Assembly: GCA_037130865.1 (NCBI GenBank)
Contig: JBAXSG010000002.1
Location: 8,066-72,065, forward strand
From: Candidatus Tayloriibacteriota bacterium
GTDB taxonomy: Bacteria > Patescibacteriota > Minisyncoccia > Phycocordibacterales > PALSA-1337
Length of the DNA: 64,000 nucleotides
Direction of reading: 5' to 3'
Each line of letters starts with the position of its first letter. Position 1 is the stretch's first letter. The notes under the pieces were generated by a model, which searched no databases, was not told where the DNA came from, and worked only from the letters and a program-made list of their open reading frames with translations. Positions 28,271 to 36,461 of the stretch are shown here, piece by piece. The position numbers were made by a program, and so were the translations under genes.

Positions 28271-28969
28271 ATGAAAATAACTACATCACAACTGTTCCCT
28301 AATATATTAAGAATTATCATCCTTGGGGTTATTGCTCTTATCTTGAGTCTCTATTCCATCTCCCCTGTTCCAGATAAAAACCTACCACAAGGTATGTCCA
28401 AACAAGATCAGATAAATCTGAAAAATTCCGTATTATCGTCATTACAGTCACAAAGAGCATCTAGCACCGAATCCTTGTTGGACCAATACATATCTACACT
28501 TTGTGGTATCGACAATTTCAAAATTGTAACTGTGACAGGTACAAAAGCCGGCACAGTCCTCCCTTCCAGCACTGTCTCGGCCGCTGGTATAAGACAGCTT
28601 GCTCCAACGGTGTGTATGAATACATTTGTCGGAAACTATAAGAAAATGTTCGTCGCCCAAGGTGCTGGTACAAATGGATCATGGTTCAACACATCTTCTC
28701 CAGATGGCAATATCTCCATATATGCAAATACAAAAGAGATATCAGACCTTGGTCAGGATGTCCTCATCCTCGAAGAAAGAGATGTTATGAAGATAAAAGG
28801 TGAAGTATCTATAAGCCAATTCAAGATATTCAAGGATTCCATGCTCAAGAAAAGTTCCGTGACTATGACTTTGACTGAAACAAAACCTCTCTTGGATAAA
28901 AGCCTCGAAGACCTCCAAAAACAATACCCTAAGAGCTGGAATAGTGCAGAGTTTCAATATCAGATGTAA
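28271..28969 (+). CDS. hypothetical exported/membrane-anchored protein
   Basis: N-terminal signal-anchor then a soluble domain with two Cys; no recognisable motifs. Confidence 0.4.
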   Translation: MKITTSQLFPNILRIIILGVIALILSLYSISPVPDKNLPQGMSKQDQINLKNSVLSSLQSQRASSTESLLDQYISTLCGIDNFKIVTVTGTKAGTVLPSSTVSAAGIRQLAPTVCMNTFVGNYKKMFVAQGAGTNGSWFNTSSPDGNISIYANTKEISDLGQDVLILEERDVMKIKGEVSISQFKIFKDSMLKKSSVTMTLTETKPLLDKSLEDLQKQYPKSWNSAEFQYQM

Positions 28970-28990
28970 ATATGCTAGGATAACTCCATT

Positions 28991-29539
28991 ATGAGATATT
29001 TCATCGGAAGCCTGCTTCGTGGAGAAGTGGCTGAATATTACAAGACTACTTGCATCGACTTATCTAACCGTTTTGGTATAGCAAACGTGTCTGACATTGT
29101 GCCACCACATATTACCGTCAAAACCTCCTTTGAGAAGCCAAATGCCGAAATTATCGATGAATGTCTCTCTCTCAACACTGAAGTAGTGCCATTCCCTATT
29201 TCTCTATCAAATTGGAATCATTTTGGTACAAGGACAATCTTCATGGAAGGTAATAAGCCGAGCATCGAACTCAAAGCTTATACCGATAGTATCGTGACGA
29301 AACTACGCGCTGCCGGCATACCATCTACTATAGAAGAAAAAGAACTACAGATCCGTATGTCCATAGCTCGTTTCTTGAAACCTCAAGAATATCAAAATGT
29401 CTGGAATTATCTGCAAACCGTACCGGCTCCGAAGTTCGATATGACATTCGATAACCTAACTATATTCTACAAAGAAAATAATGACGATAAGGCTTGGAAA
29501 GTACTCAAGACTTTCCCTTTGACCGGGCGGCCTTCATAA
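28991..29539 (+). CDS. putative 2H phosphoesterase superfamily protein (LigT-like), weak
   Basis: One clear HxTx motif (PPHITVKT); the second motif is degenerate. The size and predicted fold are consistent with this family. Confidence 0.3.
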   Translation: MRYFIGSLLRGEVAEYYKTTCIDLSNRFGIANVSDIVPPHITVKTSFEKPNAEIIDECLSLNTEVVPFPISLSNWNHFGTRTIFMEGNKPSIELKAYTDSIVTKLRAAGIPSTIEEKELQIRMSIARFLKPQEYQNVWNYLQTVPAPKFDMTFDNLTIFYKENNDDKAWKVLKTFPLTGRPS

Positions 29540-31193
29540 AAGCTGTAAATAGAGGGTGTGGTGACAGAGGTCTAGCCAAGAACTCTGGATGAAACTGCGT
29601 GCCAAGGAAAAATGGATGCTGACCTTCACCATTTCCATGAGGCAATTCTGCTATTTCCATAAGTGAACCATCTGGAGATTTTCCAGAAAATACTAGTCCA
29701 CCTTTCTCCAACCTCTCAATATATTTTGGATTTACTTCATAACGGTGACGATGACGCTCTTTTATACTACTACCAGCCTCCAGTTTGCCAGCTAATTCAT
29801 ATGCCTCATAAGCGACTGTACCTTTTGCCAATTTAGAAGTATATAGACCAAGTCTCATAGTGCCACCATATTTACCTTCAGCGATCTTCTTCTTCTGATC
29901 TGGCATAAAGTCGATGATAAGATGTGGCGCCTTCGGATCTATCTCAGCAGTCTGTGCTCCAACAAGGCCGAGGACATTGCGGGCGTATTCTATTGTCATA
30001 AGTTGCATACCATAGCAGAGACCGAAATAAGGTATCTTCTTCTCACGAGCGTAGCGAATCACATTGAGCTTACCTTCTATACCAGTCTCACCAAATCCGC
30101 CAGGAACAATAATACCTGCGAATTGATCGAGTGATGAATAGTCAGGATTCTTGGACTCGAAATCACGCGAATTTACAGTGTGAATAACAGCTTTAACTCC
30201 GACGGCATATGCTGAGAATTTAATAGCTTCCAGAACTGATAGATAAGCATCTGACAATATAAAATCACCAGTATTGAAATATTTACCAACAACGCCTATG
30301 TGAATCTCTTTGTGAACATGGTTCTTGATACCTTTTGCCATCTTTATCCATGCCTTAAATGAACTGTTCGTTTTGGTCTTAGGAAGATTCAAAACATCTA
30401 GCACTTGTTCTGCCAAATAATCCTTTTCAAAATTTACGGGCACATCATAAATACTCTTTATATCTGGCGCAGATATGACTCTCTCAACCGGTATACTACA
30501 AGCCGAAGCAATCTTCTCTTTACGCTTCTTATCTATAGGACTAGACGCTCTAGCGATAATAAAGTCGGCGTTGATACCATAAGATGCTAGTTGGCGAGCG
30601 GCATTTTGTGTAGGTTTTGATTTCATCTCACCAAGATTTCCTGGTGTAGGCAGATAGCTCACCATCATAAAGGCGACATCTGCTGGATGATACATCTTGA
30701 ATACTCTGGCCGCTTCCATAAACATCACATTTTGGTAGTCACCAATAGTACCGCCGATCTCTATTATAGAAATATCTGACTTATTCACTTTAGCGGCATG
30801 CTCCAGTCGGTGGACGATCTCGTCACGGATTTGTTCGGCGTCAACACATTTACCAGCATAACCAAGCGAGCGTTCCTTCTCTATGACGTGCTTATAGACC
30901 ATTCCGCTTGTCATATAATCATCTGAGGCTAGATCGTGTCCCAAGAACCTCTCATAATTACCCATATCTTGATCTGTCTCTAGACCAGAATTGAGGACAA
31001 AAACTTCCCCGTGTTCTGTAGGATGCATTGTACCAGCGTCGACATTTAAATAAGGATCAACCTTTACTAGATTGACCTTATATCCTTTCGCCGTGAGTAG
31101 TGTACCGATGGACGACACCGCAATACCCTTACCTACTCCAGACATCACACCTCCAATGACGAAGATGTATTTATGCTTAGCTTTATTCTTCAT
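29505..31193 (-). CDS. pyrG: CTP synthase
   Basis: N-terminal synthetase domain (YIFVIGGVMSGVGKG) and C-terminal glutamine amidotransferase (GLCYGMQ, H..E). Confidence 0.95.
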   Translation of the reverse strand: MKNKAKHKYIFVIGGVMSGVGKGIAVSSIGTLLTAKGYKVNLVKVDPYLNVDAGTMHPTEHGEVFVLNSGLETDQDMGNYERFLGHDLASDDYMTSGMVYKHVIEKERSLGYAGKCVDAEQIRDEIVHRLEHAAKVNKSDISIIEIGGTIGDYQNVMFMEAARVFKMYHPADVAFMMVSYLPTPGNLGEMKSKPTQNAARQLASYGINADFIIARASSPIDKKRKEKIASACSIPVERVISAPDIKSIYDVPVNFEKDYLAEQVLDVLNLPKTKTNSSFKAWIKMAKGIKNHVHKEIHIGVVGKYFNTGDFILSDAYLSVLEAIKFSAYAVGVKAVIHTVNSRDFESKNPDYSSLDQFAGIIVPGGFGETGIEGKLNVIRYAREKKIPYFGLCYGMQLMTIEYARNVLGLVGAQTAEIDPKAPHLIIDFMPDQKKKIAEGKYGGTMRLGLYTSKLAKGTVAYEAYELAGKLEAGSSIKERHRHRYEVNPKYIERLEKGGLVFSGKSPDGSLMEIAELPHGNGEGQHPFFLGTQFHPEFLARPLSPHPLFTAFMKAARSKGKS

Positions 31194-31203
31194 GTTGGGA
31201 TGA

Positions 31204-32196
31204 TTATACCTTTAAATACCTCCTGGCCGCCACATAGCTAGATAAGCCTCCAAGGATGATGCCTGCAGACATAATGATACAGAATATCTGACCAAAGTTT
31301 CTAATGAAATAGTTCGAGAAGACATTTACCATCAGTTGAAAATTCGCTGCTACATCTACTCCAGCCAATCTCAAGATGATAGAGTCTCCCCAATAAGAAA
31401 CAGCAGCCAATATGATGAGTGTGATGACTCCGGATATAACACCGTACATAATCCCTGATACTACAAATGGTCCTCTCACATAAGTGTTGCTAGCTCCAAC
31501 AAGCTTCATAACCGAGATTTCATCTCTCGCGGCGTATATGATCAAACGGATAGTATTGAAGACAACAATTATCGCTACTATAACAAATATCATAGCTACA
31601 ACTGAACCGGCTTTTTCTACAGTCGGTATGATGGAACTTAGACGATCTATGATCAATTTATTTTCTTGATAGTTGATCTTCTCTATGATCGGAGTACCGC
31701 TAGTATCTGTAGGATTCTTATTCTGCAAAAATGTGGCAATACTACCGTACTGTCCAGGATCTTTGGCTCTTATATTTAGAGAAGCTGGAAATGGATTTGT
31801 GCCAATCTCATCCAACCCTTGCATTATGAGAGTGTTGTCTTGCCAACGCGTCTTGAACGAGGTTAGTGCTTGTTCACTAGAAATATAAGAAGTACTTGCC
31901 ACTTGTGGCAATATGTTTATATCCTTCTGCAAAGCCAAAATATCTGACTCTCTCGTATTTAGTGTGAAATAGACATTTACATCAACTTTATTTTTTACTT
32001 CAATCAAAAGAGATCTGGCAAAAGCTGTAGACAATATCAATCCTCCAAAAGCACAAAGGGACAGCGTAATAACCACTATAGCCGCGAATGACAAGAACCC
32101 ATTGCGCCAAAAGTTTACGAAACCTGTGCGAGCTATGCGTTTAAAAGCTGTGAAAATCATGTGTTTATTATAAAATATATTTACCTGTCTTATCAT
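31204..32196 (-). CDS. ftsX: cell division permease FtsX
   Basis: FtsX topology, downstream of ftsE with overlapping ends. Confidence 0.85.
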   Translation of the reverse strand: MIRQVNIFYNKHMIFTAFKRIARTGFVNFWRNGFLSFAAIVVITLSLCAFGGLILSTAFARSLLIEVKNKVDVNVYFTLNTRESDILALQKDINILPQVASTSYISSEQALTSFKTRWQDNTLIMQGLDEIGTNPFPASLNIRAKDPGQYGSIATFLQNKNPTDTSGTPIIEKINYQENKLIIDRLSSIIPTVEKAGSVVAMIFVIVAIIVVFNTIRLIIYAARDEISVMKLVGASNTYVRGPFVVSGIMYGVISGVITLIILAAVSYWGDSIILRLAGVDVAANFQLMVNVFSNYFIRNFGQIFCIIMSAGIILGGLSSYVAARRYLKV

Positions 32197-32887
32197 CTCT
32201 GATAATCTTGCCCTTCTCCATCGTTATGACTCTACCACCAACAGCGTCTACGACGCCCTTATTGTGAGTAGTAAGCAAAATTGTCGTACCAAGCTCATTT
32301 ATCTTCTTCAAGATGCGGATAACCTCAAAAGTATTCGTAGGATCGAGATTCCCTGTTGGCTCATCTGCAATGATGATATCCGGCTGATTTACTATAGCAC
32401 GCGCTATAGCCACCCTCTGACTCTCTCCACCAGAAAGCTGATGTGGAAAATTCCATATCTTATGACCTAGATCTACAAGATCGAGTACGTGTGGAACATC
32501 GGCAGCTATCTGACTGTCACTGCGACCGGACGCTTCCATAGCGAAGGCTATATTTTCATAGACAGTTTTGTTTGGTATCAAACGATAATCCTGGAAAACC
32601 ATGCCAACACGACGGCGTAGTTTATTCATCTGCTTCTTATTCAACTTGTTCACATTTAAAGATTCAAAAGAAATAGTTCCACTGGTCGGACGATCCTCGG
32701 CTATAAGAAGCTTCATCAGAGTAGTCTTACCTGCACCGGAATGACCCACTATGGTCACAAACTCTCTTGGCTCAACGCCAAAGTTTATATTATCGAGTGC
32801 AACAGACTTATCTGAATACACTTTTGAGACTTTGTCGTAATAAATCATGTGTAAATTATAACACCTTTTCCGCCTCAATAAATTCAT
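32168..32887 (-). CDS. ftsE: cell division ATP-binding protein FtsE
   Basis: [36 protein letters not shown]. Confidence 0.9.
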   Translation of the reverse strand: MNLLRRKRCYNLHMIYYDKVSKVYSDKSVALDNINFGVEPREFVTIVGHSGAGKTTLMKLLIAEDRPTSGTISFESLNVNKLNKKQMNKLRRRVGMVFQDYRLIPNKTVYENIAFAMEASGRSDSQIAADVPHVLDLVDLGHKIWNFPHQLSGGESQRVAIARAIVNQPDIIIADEPTGNLDPTNTFEVIRILKKINELGTTILLTTHNKGVVDAVGGRVITMEKGKIIRDDKTGKYIL

Positions 32888-33773
32888 CTATATCGCCGTC
32901 CAAAACCTTATCAACTTGAGCCGTCTCGACTCCAGTACGATGATCTTTCACCATTTTGTATGGATGAAGGACATATGAGCGGATCTGATTCCCCCATTCT
33001 ATCGAGGTCGTTGAAGAGAGCTGCATGCCGCGCTCTTTTGCAATACGCTCTTCTTCCATACGTTTCCATATCTTGCCGCGCAATATCTCAAATGCTTTCT
33101 CGCGATTCTGCGCCTGTGATCGTTCAGAGGTTACATGTATGGAAATGCCTGTAGGCTTATGCACCAGGCGTACGGCTGTCTCGCGCTTATTCACATTTTG
33201 GCCGCCAGGACCTCCAGATTTGGCTATAGTGATCTCCACATCATTGTCGGAGATAACCACGTCATCTGAAGATGCCGCCTTTTCTAGCTTTGGTATAATC
33301 TCGACCAAAGAGAAAGATGTATGACGCTTGTCATTGGCATTGAAAGGAGAAATGCGGACAAGCCTATGCACACCAGATTCGTTTTTCAATGTGCCATAGA
33401 CGCCCATTCCACCAGAACCGACTGCGCCAGATTTGCTAGAGATCTCCACGGTTACATTGCGATATCCACCATGATCGTTTGAGTTCGAATGCACAACAGA
33501 CCAGCCCCAACCTTTTTCAGTGGCATATTTGCTGTACATACGCAGTAATATTCCAGAAAAATCCTCAGCGTCATCGCCGCCGGCTCCAGAGAGAATAGTG
33601 AGAATAGCGTCACCTTTGTCGTATTTTCCTACTCCAGCCAATTGGTCTTTCAGGGTCTGTAGTTCCTTTATAGTCGCCTGTGCACGAGATTTGTCAGACC
33701 AAAAACCATCTGCATTCATCGACGCTTCCAGTTCAGTGATTTTCTGTTGGATTTTTTCTTTTTGATTATTCAT
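32856..33773 (-). CDS. prfB: peptide chain release factor 2 (short N-terminus, no frameshift site)
   Basis: SPF tripeptide ([15 protein letters not shown]), GGQ ([11 protein letters not shown]). The ATG at 33771-33773 (MNNQKEK) lies 2 nt from the CCA end of tRNA-Thr. The ORF-track N-terminal extension reads through the tRNA and was rejected. Confidence 0.9.
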   Translation of the reverse strand: MNNQKEKIQQKITELEASMNADGFWSDKSRAQATIKELQTLKDQLAGVGKYDKGDAILTILSGAGGDDAEDFSGILLRMYSKYATEKGWGWSVVHSNSNDHGGYRNVTVEISSKSGAVGSGGMGVYGTLKNESGVHRLVRISPFNANDKRHTSFSLVEIIPKLEKAASSDDVVISDNDVEITIAKSGGPGGQNVNKRETAVRLVHKPTGISIHVTSERSQAQNREKAFEILRGKIWKRMEEERIAKERGMQLSSTTSIEWGNQIRSYVLHPYKMVKDHRTGVETAQVDKVLDGDIDEFIEAEKVL

Positions 33774-33775
33774 CT

Positions 33776-33851
33776 TGGAGCCAAAGCCCGGGATCGAACC
33801 GGGGACCCTCGCTTTACGAAAGCGATGCTCTACCAACTGAGCTACTTTGGC
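33776..33851 (-). tRNA. tRNA-Thr (anticodon CGT), CCA encoded
   Basis: Manual fold: gccaaag acceptor, anticodon stem tcgct/agcga, loop ttCGTaa, T arm ggtcc-ccggttcgatcccgg. Confidence 0.85.
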
Positions 33852-33895
33852 TGATTTTCAATGCATTATACCAAGACAGCTACTTTGGCAACATC

Positions 33896-33971
33896 TGGAG
33901 CCGTTGGCCAGAATTGAACTGGCGACCTACTCCTTACCATGGAGTTGCTCTACCATCTGAGCTACAACGGC
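33896..33971 (-). tRNA. tRNA-Thr (anticodon GGT), CCA encoded
   Basis: Manual fold: gccgttg acceptor, anticodon stem actcc/ggagt, loop atGGTaa, T arm with ttcaattc. Confidence 0.85.
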
Positions 33972-33988
33972 GGTTCCCGGCTATAGTA

Positions 33989-34315
33989 CTATGCTTTGCG
34001 CAGTTTCTCAACCATAAGCCCGACGAATGCTCCGATGACGAAGTAATAAGCGAGAACTGAGACAACATATACAAACTGATAGTTAAGCATTGAATTTGCT
34101 AAAGGTGACGACCAGAGAGGCATCAGTGAATTTGTGAATATATCCTCTATAAATCTGGCAAATGGTGCCACACAAGATACTTCGCCACATATTTTGAAGA
34201 AAAAACTCGGCACAAATATCAGCTGAAATATGATAAATAGAAAAGCTATACCAGCTCCAATCGAGCCACCCTTAGCCCAATGTGGCCAACCTTTCCAATG
34301 ATTATGGTCGTGCAT
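33989..34315 (-). CDS. hypothetical membrane protein
   Basis: Two to three TM helices; His/Trp-rich N-terminus. Confidence 0.35.
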   Translation of the reverse strand: MHDHNHWKGWPHWAKGGSIGAGIAFLFIIFQLIFVPSFFFKICGEVSCVAPFARFIEDIFTNSLMPLWSSPLANSMLNYQFVYVVSVLAYYFVIGAFVGLMVEKLRKA

Positions 34316-34335
34316 GTTTGATATAGCAATAAAAA

Positions 34336-34869
34336 TTATAAAGACCTTGGTATGATTTCCGTCAATTGACCATTTTTAATAGAAAAATTCTTCGTTGCAC
34401 AAACCGATGGTGGAACAGTAAATGGTTCATTCAACTTGCGATCATAATAATTGAATGATGCGACATTGTTCGAAATACTAATAGTTTGTGGAGCAATACG
34501 GTCTCCGAGAAAGATAGGGTTGGTATTTACATACACATCACCTTCTTTCACGAAAGCGATAGCATAGAAAAATGTTCCACTACCACCGTGGTCTTGGGTT
34601 ACAAAAGCTGCAACTGTTCCAGTTCCAACGCCGATGTCGCCAGATACTGCATTACCAAATATTTTAGTAATAACTGTTGAAGAAGCGCCTACAGGAGGTG
34701 GATTTTCTGTATTTTTATTACTGGAACTTTTGAAGATCTCCGTGAGGCCGAAGACATACATTCCAGTCAAAATCACTGTGAAAGCGAGCAGGACTAAATA
34801 ATAATGTGACCTTTTGTATCCGTGGTGGATTACCATGGTGTATATATTAACACAAAAACTATGGCACAC
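34336..34869 (-). CDS. hypothetical membrane-anchored exported protein
   Basis: Signal-anchor then a beta-rich soluble region; no motifs. Confidence 0.35.
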   Translation of the reverse strand: MCHSFCVNIYTMVIHHGYKRSHYYLVLLAFTVILTGMYVFGLTEIFKSSSNKNTENPPPVGASSTVITKIFGNAVSGDIGVGTGTVAAFVTQDHGGSGTFFYAIAFVKEGDVYVNTNPIFLGDRIAPQTISISNNVASFNYYDRKLNEPFTVPPSVCATKNFSIKNGQLTEIIPRSL

Positions 34870-35264
34870 TAAGCCTTGGTTGTAGGTGTCCTGCTTGTTG
34901 GTGTATTACCATCGATGATGTCCTTATCTCCGTTGTCTGGATTTTCAGATGCAGCATCTATCGCACCTTGTCTGGACACAGACAACTCCGGCATCTCACT
35001 TACCAATCTTATGACATTTGTCCTCAATTTGAATTTATCCGTTATAGGAGTGAATACGCTCACAACATCAGCAATTCTAGGATTTTCTTCTTTTTCCAAA
35101 TCTTTAATATAGTTTAACATCTTGTCCGGACAAAAATTTGGATCGATTTTCTTGATCGTTTCAATAATCTCATACAACTTATCGAAGCTTTTGGTATCTG
35201 TGAATTCTTGGACAAAAAATGCTTCTCTGCTTATTCCACCCTCTTGCGTGAATGATTCAGTCAT
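34869..35264 (-). CDS. hypothetical acidic cytoplasmic protein
   Basis: No motifs recognised. Confidence 0.35.
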   Translation of the reverse strand: MTESFTQEGGISREAFFVQEFTDTKSFDKLYEIIETIKKIDPNFCPDKMLNYIKDLEKEENPRIADVVSVFTPITDKFKLRTNVIRLVSEMPELSVSRQGAIDAASENPDNGDKDIIDGNTPTSRTPTTKA

Positions 35265-35311
35265 ATGTTTAATGTTATCGACTTATTAATACTATTGTAA
35301 CACTCTCAAAT

Positions 35312-35385
35312 GCGCGCCCGATGGGACTCGAACCCACGGTCTATCCCGTGACAGGGGATTGTTTTAGCCAGCTAAACTACGGGCG
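35312..35385 (-). tRNA. tRNA-Asp (anticodon GTC)
   Basis: Manual fold: gcgcccg acceptor, anticodon stem atccc/gggat, loop ctGTCac, T arm gtggg-ttcgagt-cccat. Confidence 0.85.
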
Positions 35386-36039
35386 CATTTTCTTGAACTT
35401 CTCAAATATAAGCTTCTTTCTAGCTAGATAAAGCTTATGGGGCATATTATACATGATTTCATACAATTTCAAAGAATCCAATGTGCTGTATTGCAATCTT
35501 CCATATGTCTTATCTTTATTCGAGAATAATGAGCCACCGACTAAATCCAATTCTTTCAGAATCGATTTGAGAGATTTGAGAAAACCAAATGAACCACTTG
35601 TGAATATAGACATTATGCCGTAAGCATTTTTGGTGCGGTTTTTGTGGGTACGACCCAGCCAGACGCACCCATCACCATCAAAGTAACCTCTAACAAAGTC
35701 TCCTACAAACTCTTTTGGTATAAGTGGCAATTCCATGCGTTTTACTTTATTTTCTTCCAACTTTAAAGCCGCTAGATCATTGAACCATTCCCTGCTCCCT
35801 ATCTGTAAGCGATAAACTTTGCCAGATCTCGGAGATCTTCTGGAAATCTTGTGTTCGGATTTAAATGATTCACGTATTCTATATAAAAGTTCGCGGTCAG
35901 CTGAATACAAAACTATAAAATGTGTGCCACGCTTGGTCACCGATACGCCACCATCCGCAAACATAAACCCCAAAATATAGGCCATATCAGATGACCAGTG
36001 TTTGAAAAAACTCCTGTCGTAATTACGAATAATAGGCAT
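35377..36039 (-). CDS. LAGLIDADG-family homing endonuclease (two-motif, single-chain type), free-standing
   Basis: LGFMFADGGV and VRGYFDGDGCV LAGLIDADG motifs. The stop codon overlaps the 5' end of tRNA-Asp by about 9 nt. Confidence 0.8.
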   Translation of the reverse strand: MPIIRNYDRSFFKHWSSDMAYILGFMFADGGVSVTKRGTHFIVLYSADRELLYRIRESFKSEHKISRRSPRSGKVYRLQIGSREWFNDLAALKLEENKVKRMELPLIPKEFVGDFVRGYFDGDGCVWLGRTHKNRTKNAYGIMSIFTSGSFGFLKSLKSILKELDLVGGSLFSNKDKTYGRLQYSTLDSLKLYEIMYNMPHKLYLARKKLIFEKFKKMRP

Positions 36040-36067
36040 AATAGATAAATTATTATCTCAGACAAAT

Positions 36068-36142
36068 GTGTCGGCGGAAGGAATTGCACCTTCGACCTTG
36101 GGCTTATGAGTCCCACGCTCTAACTAACTGAGCTACGCCGAC
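36068..36142 (-). tRNA. tRNA with CAT anticodon (elongator Met or Ile2/lysidine type), noncanonical T loop
   Basis: Manual fold: acceptor gtcggcg/cgccgac, D arm gctc-agttagtta-gagc, anticodon loop ctCATaa with an A31-G39 mismatch, T loop tgcaatt (G at position 55). Confidence 0.55.
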
Positions 36143-36270
36143 ATCTAGCTGGCGCCAAGACTAATATGGCGCTCTTAGAGAATAGCAAATCACAGCCCCT
36201 TGCACAATAAGCAGCATTGTGGCAAAATGGTCTATCATAGGCTGTATAGCAAGTTCGAAGTAAGCCATAC

Positions 36271-36343
36271 CGCGGGGTAGAGCAGCGGTAGCTCGTCAGG
36301 CTCATAACCTGAAGATCGCCGGTTCGATTCCGGCCCCCGCAAC
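36271..36343 (+). tRNA. initiator tRNA-fMet (anticodon CAT)
   Basis: Acceptor cgcgggg...ccccgca gives a C1-A72 mismatch with an A73 discriminator (bacterial initiator hallmark). Anticodon stem tcagg/cctga, loop ctCATaa, T arm gccgg-ttcgatt-ccggc. Confidence 0.75.
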
Positions 36344-36349
36344 AACGAT

Positions 36350-36378
36350 TTGACATTTATAAGTGTTTCTGATATAAT
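36350..36378 (+). promoter_or_regulatory. consensus sigma70-type promoter (TTGACA-17 nt-TATAAT) upstream of the ABC exporter gene
   Basis: ttgaca at 36350-36355, a 17-nt spacer, tataat at 36373-36378. An RBS aaggaagg lies 7 nt before the ATG at 36462. Confidence 0.5.
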
Positions 36379-36461
36379 ACTAAAGAATCAGCTTTCGAGT
36401 ACACTGGATGTGTATTTCATTGACAAAGCAATAACTTCACAAAAAACAAGGAAGGTTAGAC

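Noticed and set aside
32856-33773. Programmed +1 frameshift in prfB
   Set aside because: There is no upstream out-of-frame exon (tRNA genes occupy the upstream space) and the ORF is continuous, so RF2 here is the non-frameshifted, N-terminally short type.
33774-33836. N-terminal extension of prfB ([21 protein letters not shown]) in the ORF track
   Set aside because: The extension is a read-through of the tRNA-Thr gene, so the internal Met directly after the tRNA was used. A similar extension of recG (57946-58101) reads through tRNA-Ser.
36170-36265. Possible extra tRNA or ncRNA between the two CAT-anticodon tRNAs
   Set aside because: It contains a hairpin (ggcgcc...ggcgc), but no cloverleaf could be folded by hand. 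Left unannotated.
36120-36356. 78-aa minus-strand ORF
   Set aside because: It is Cys/Arg-rich nonsense and overlaps two tRNA genes (36068-36142 and 36271-36343).
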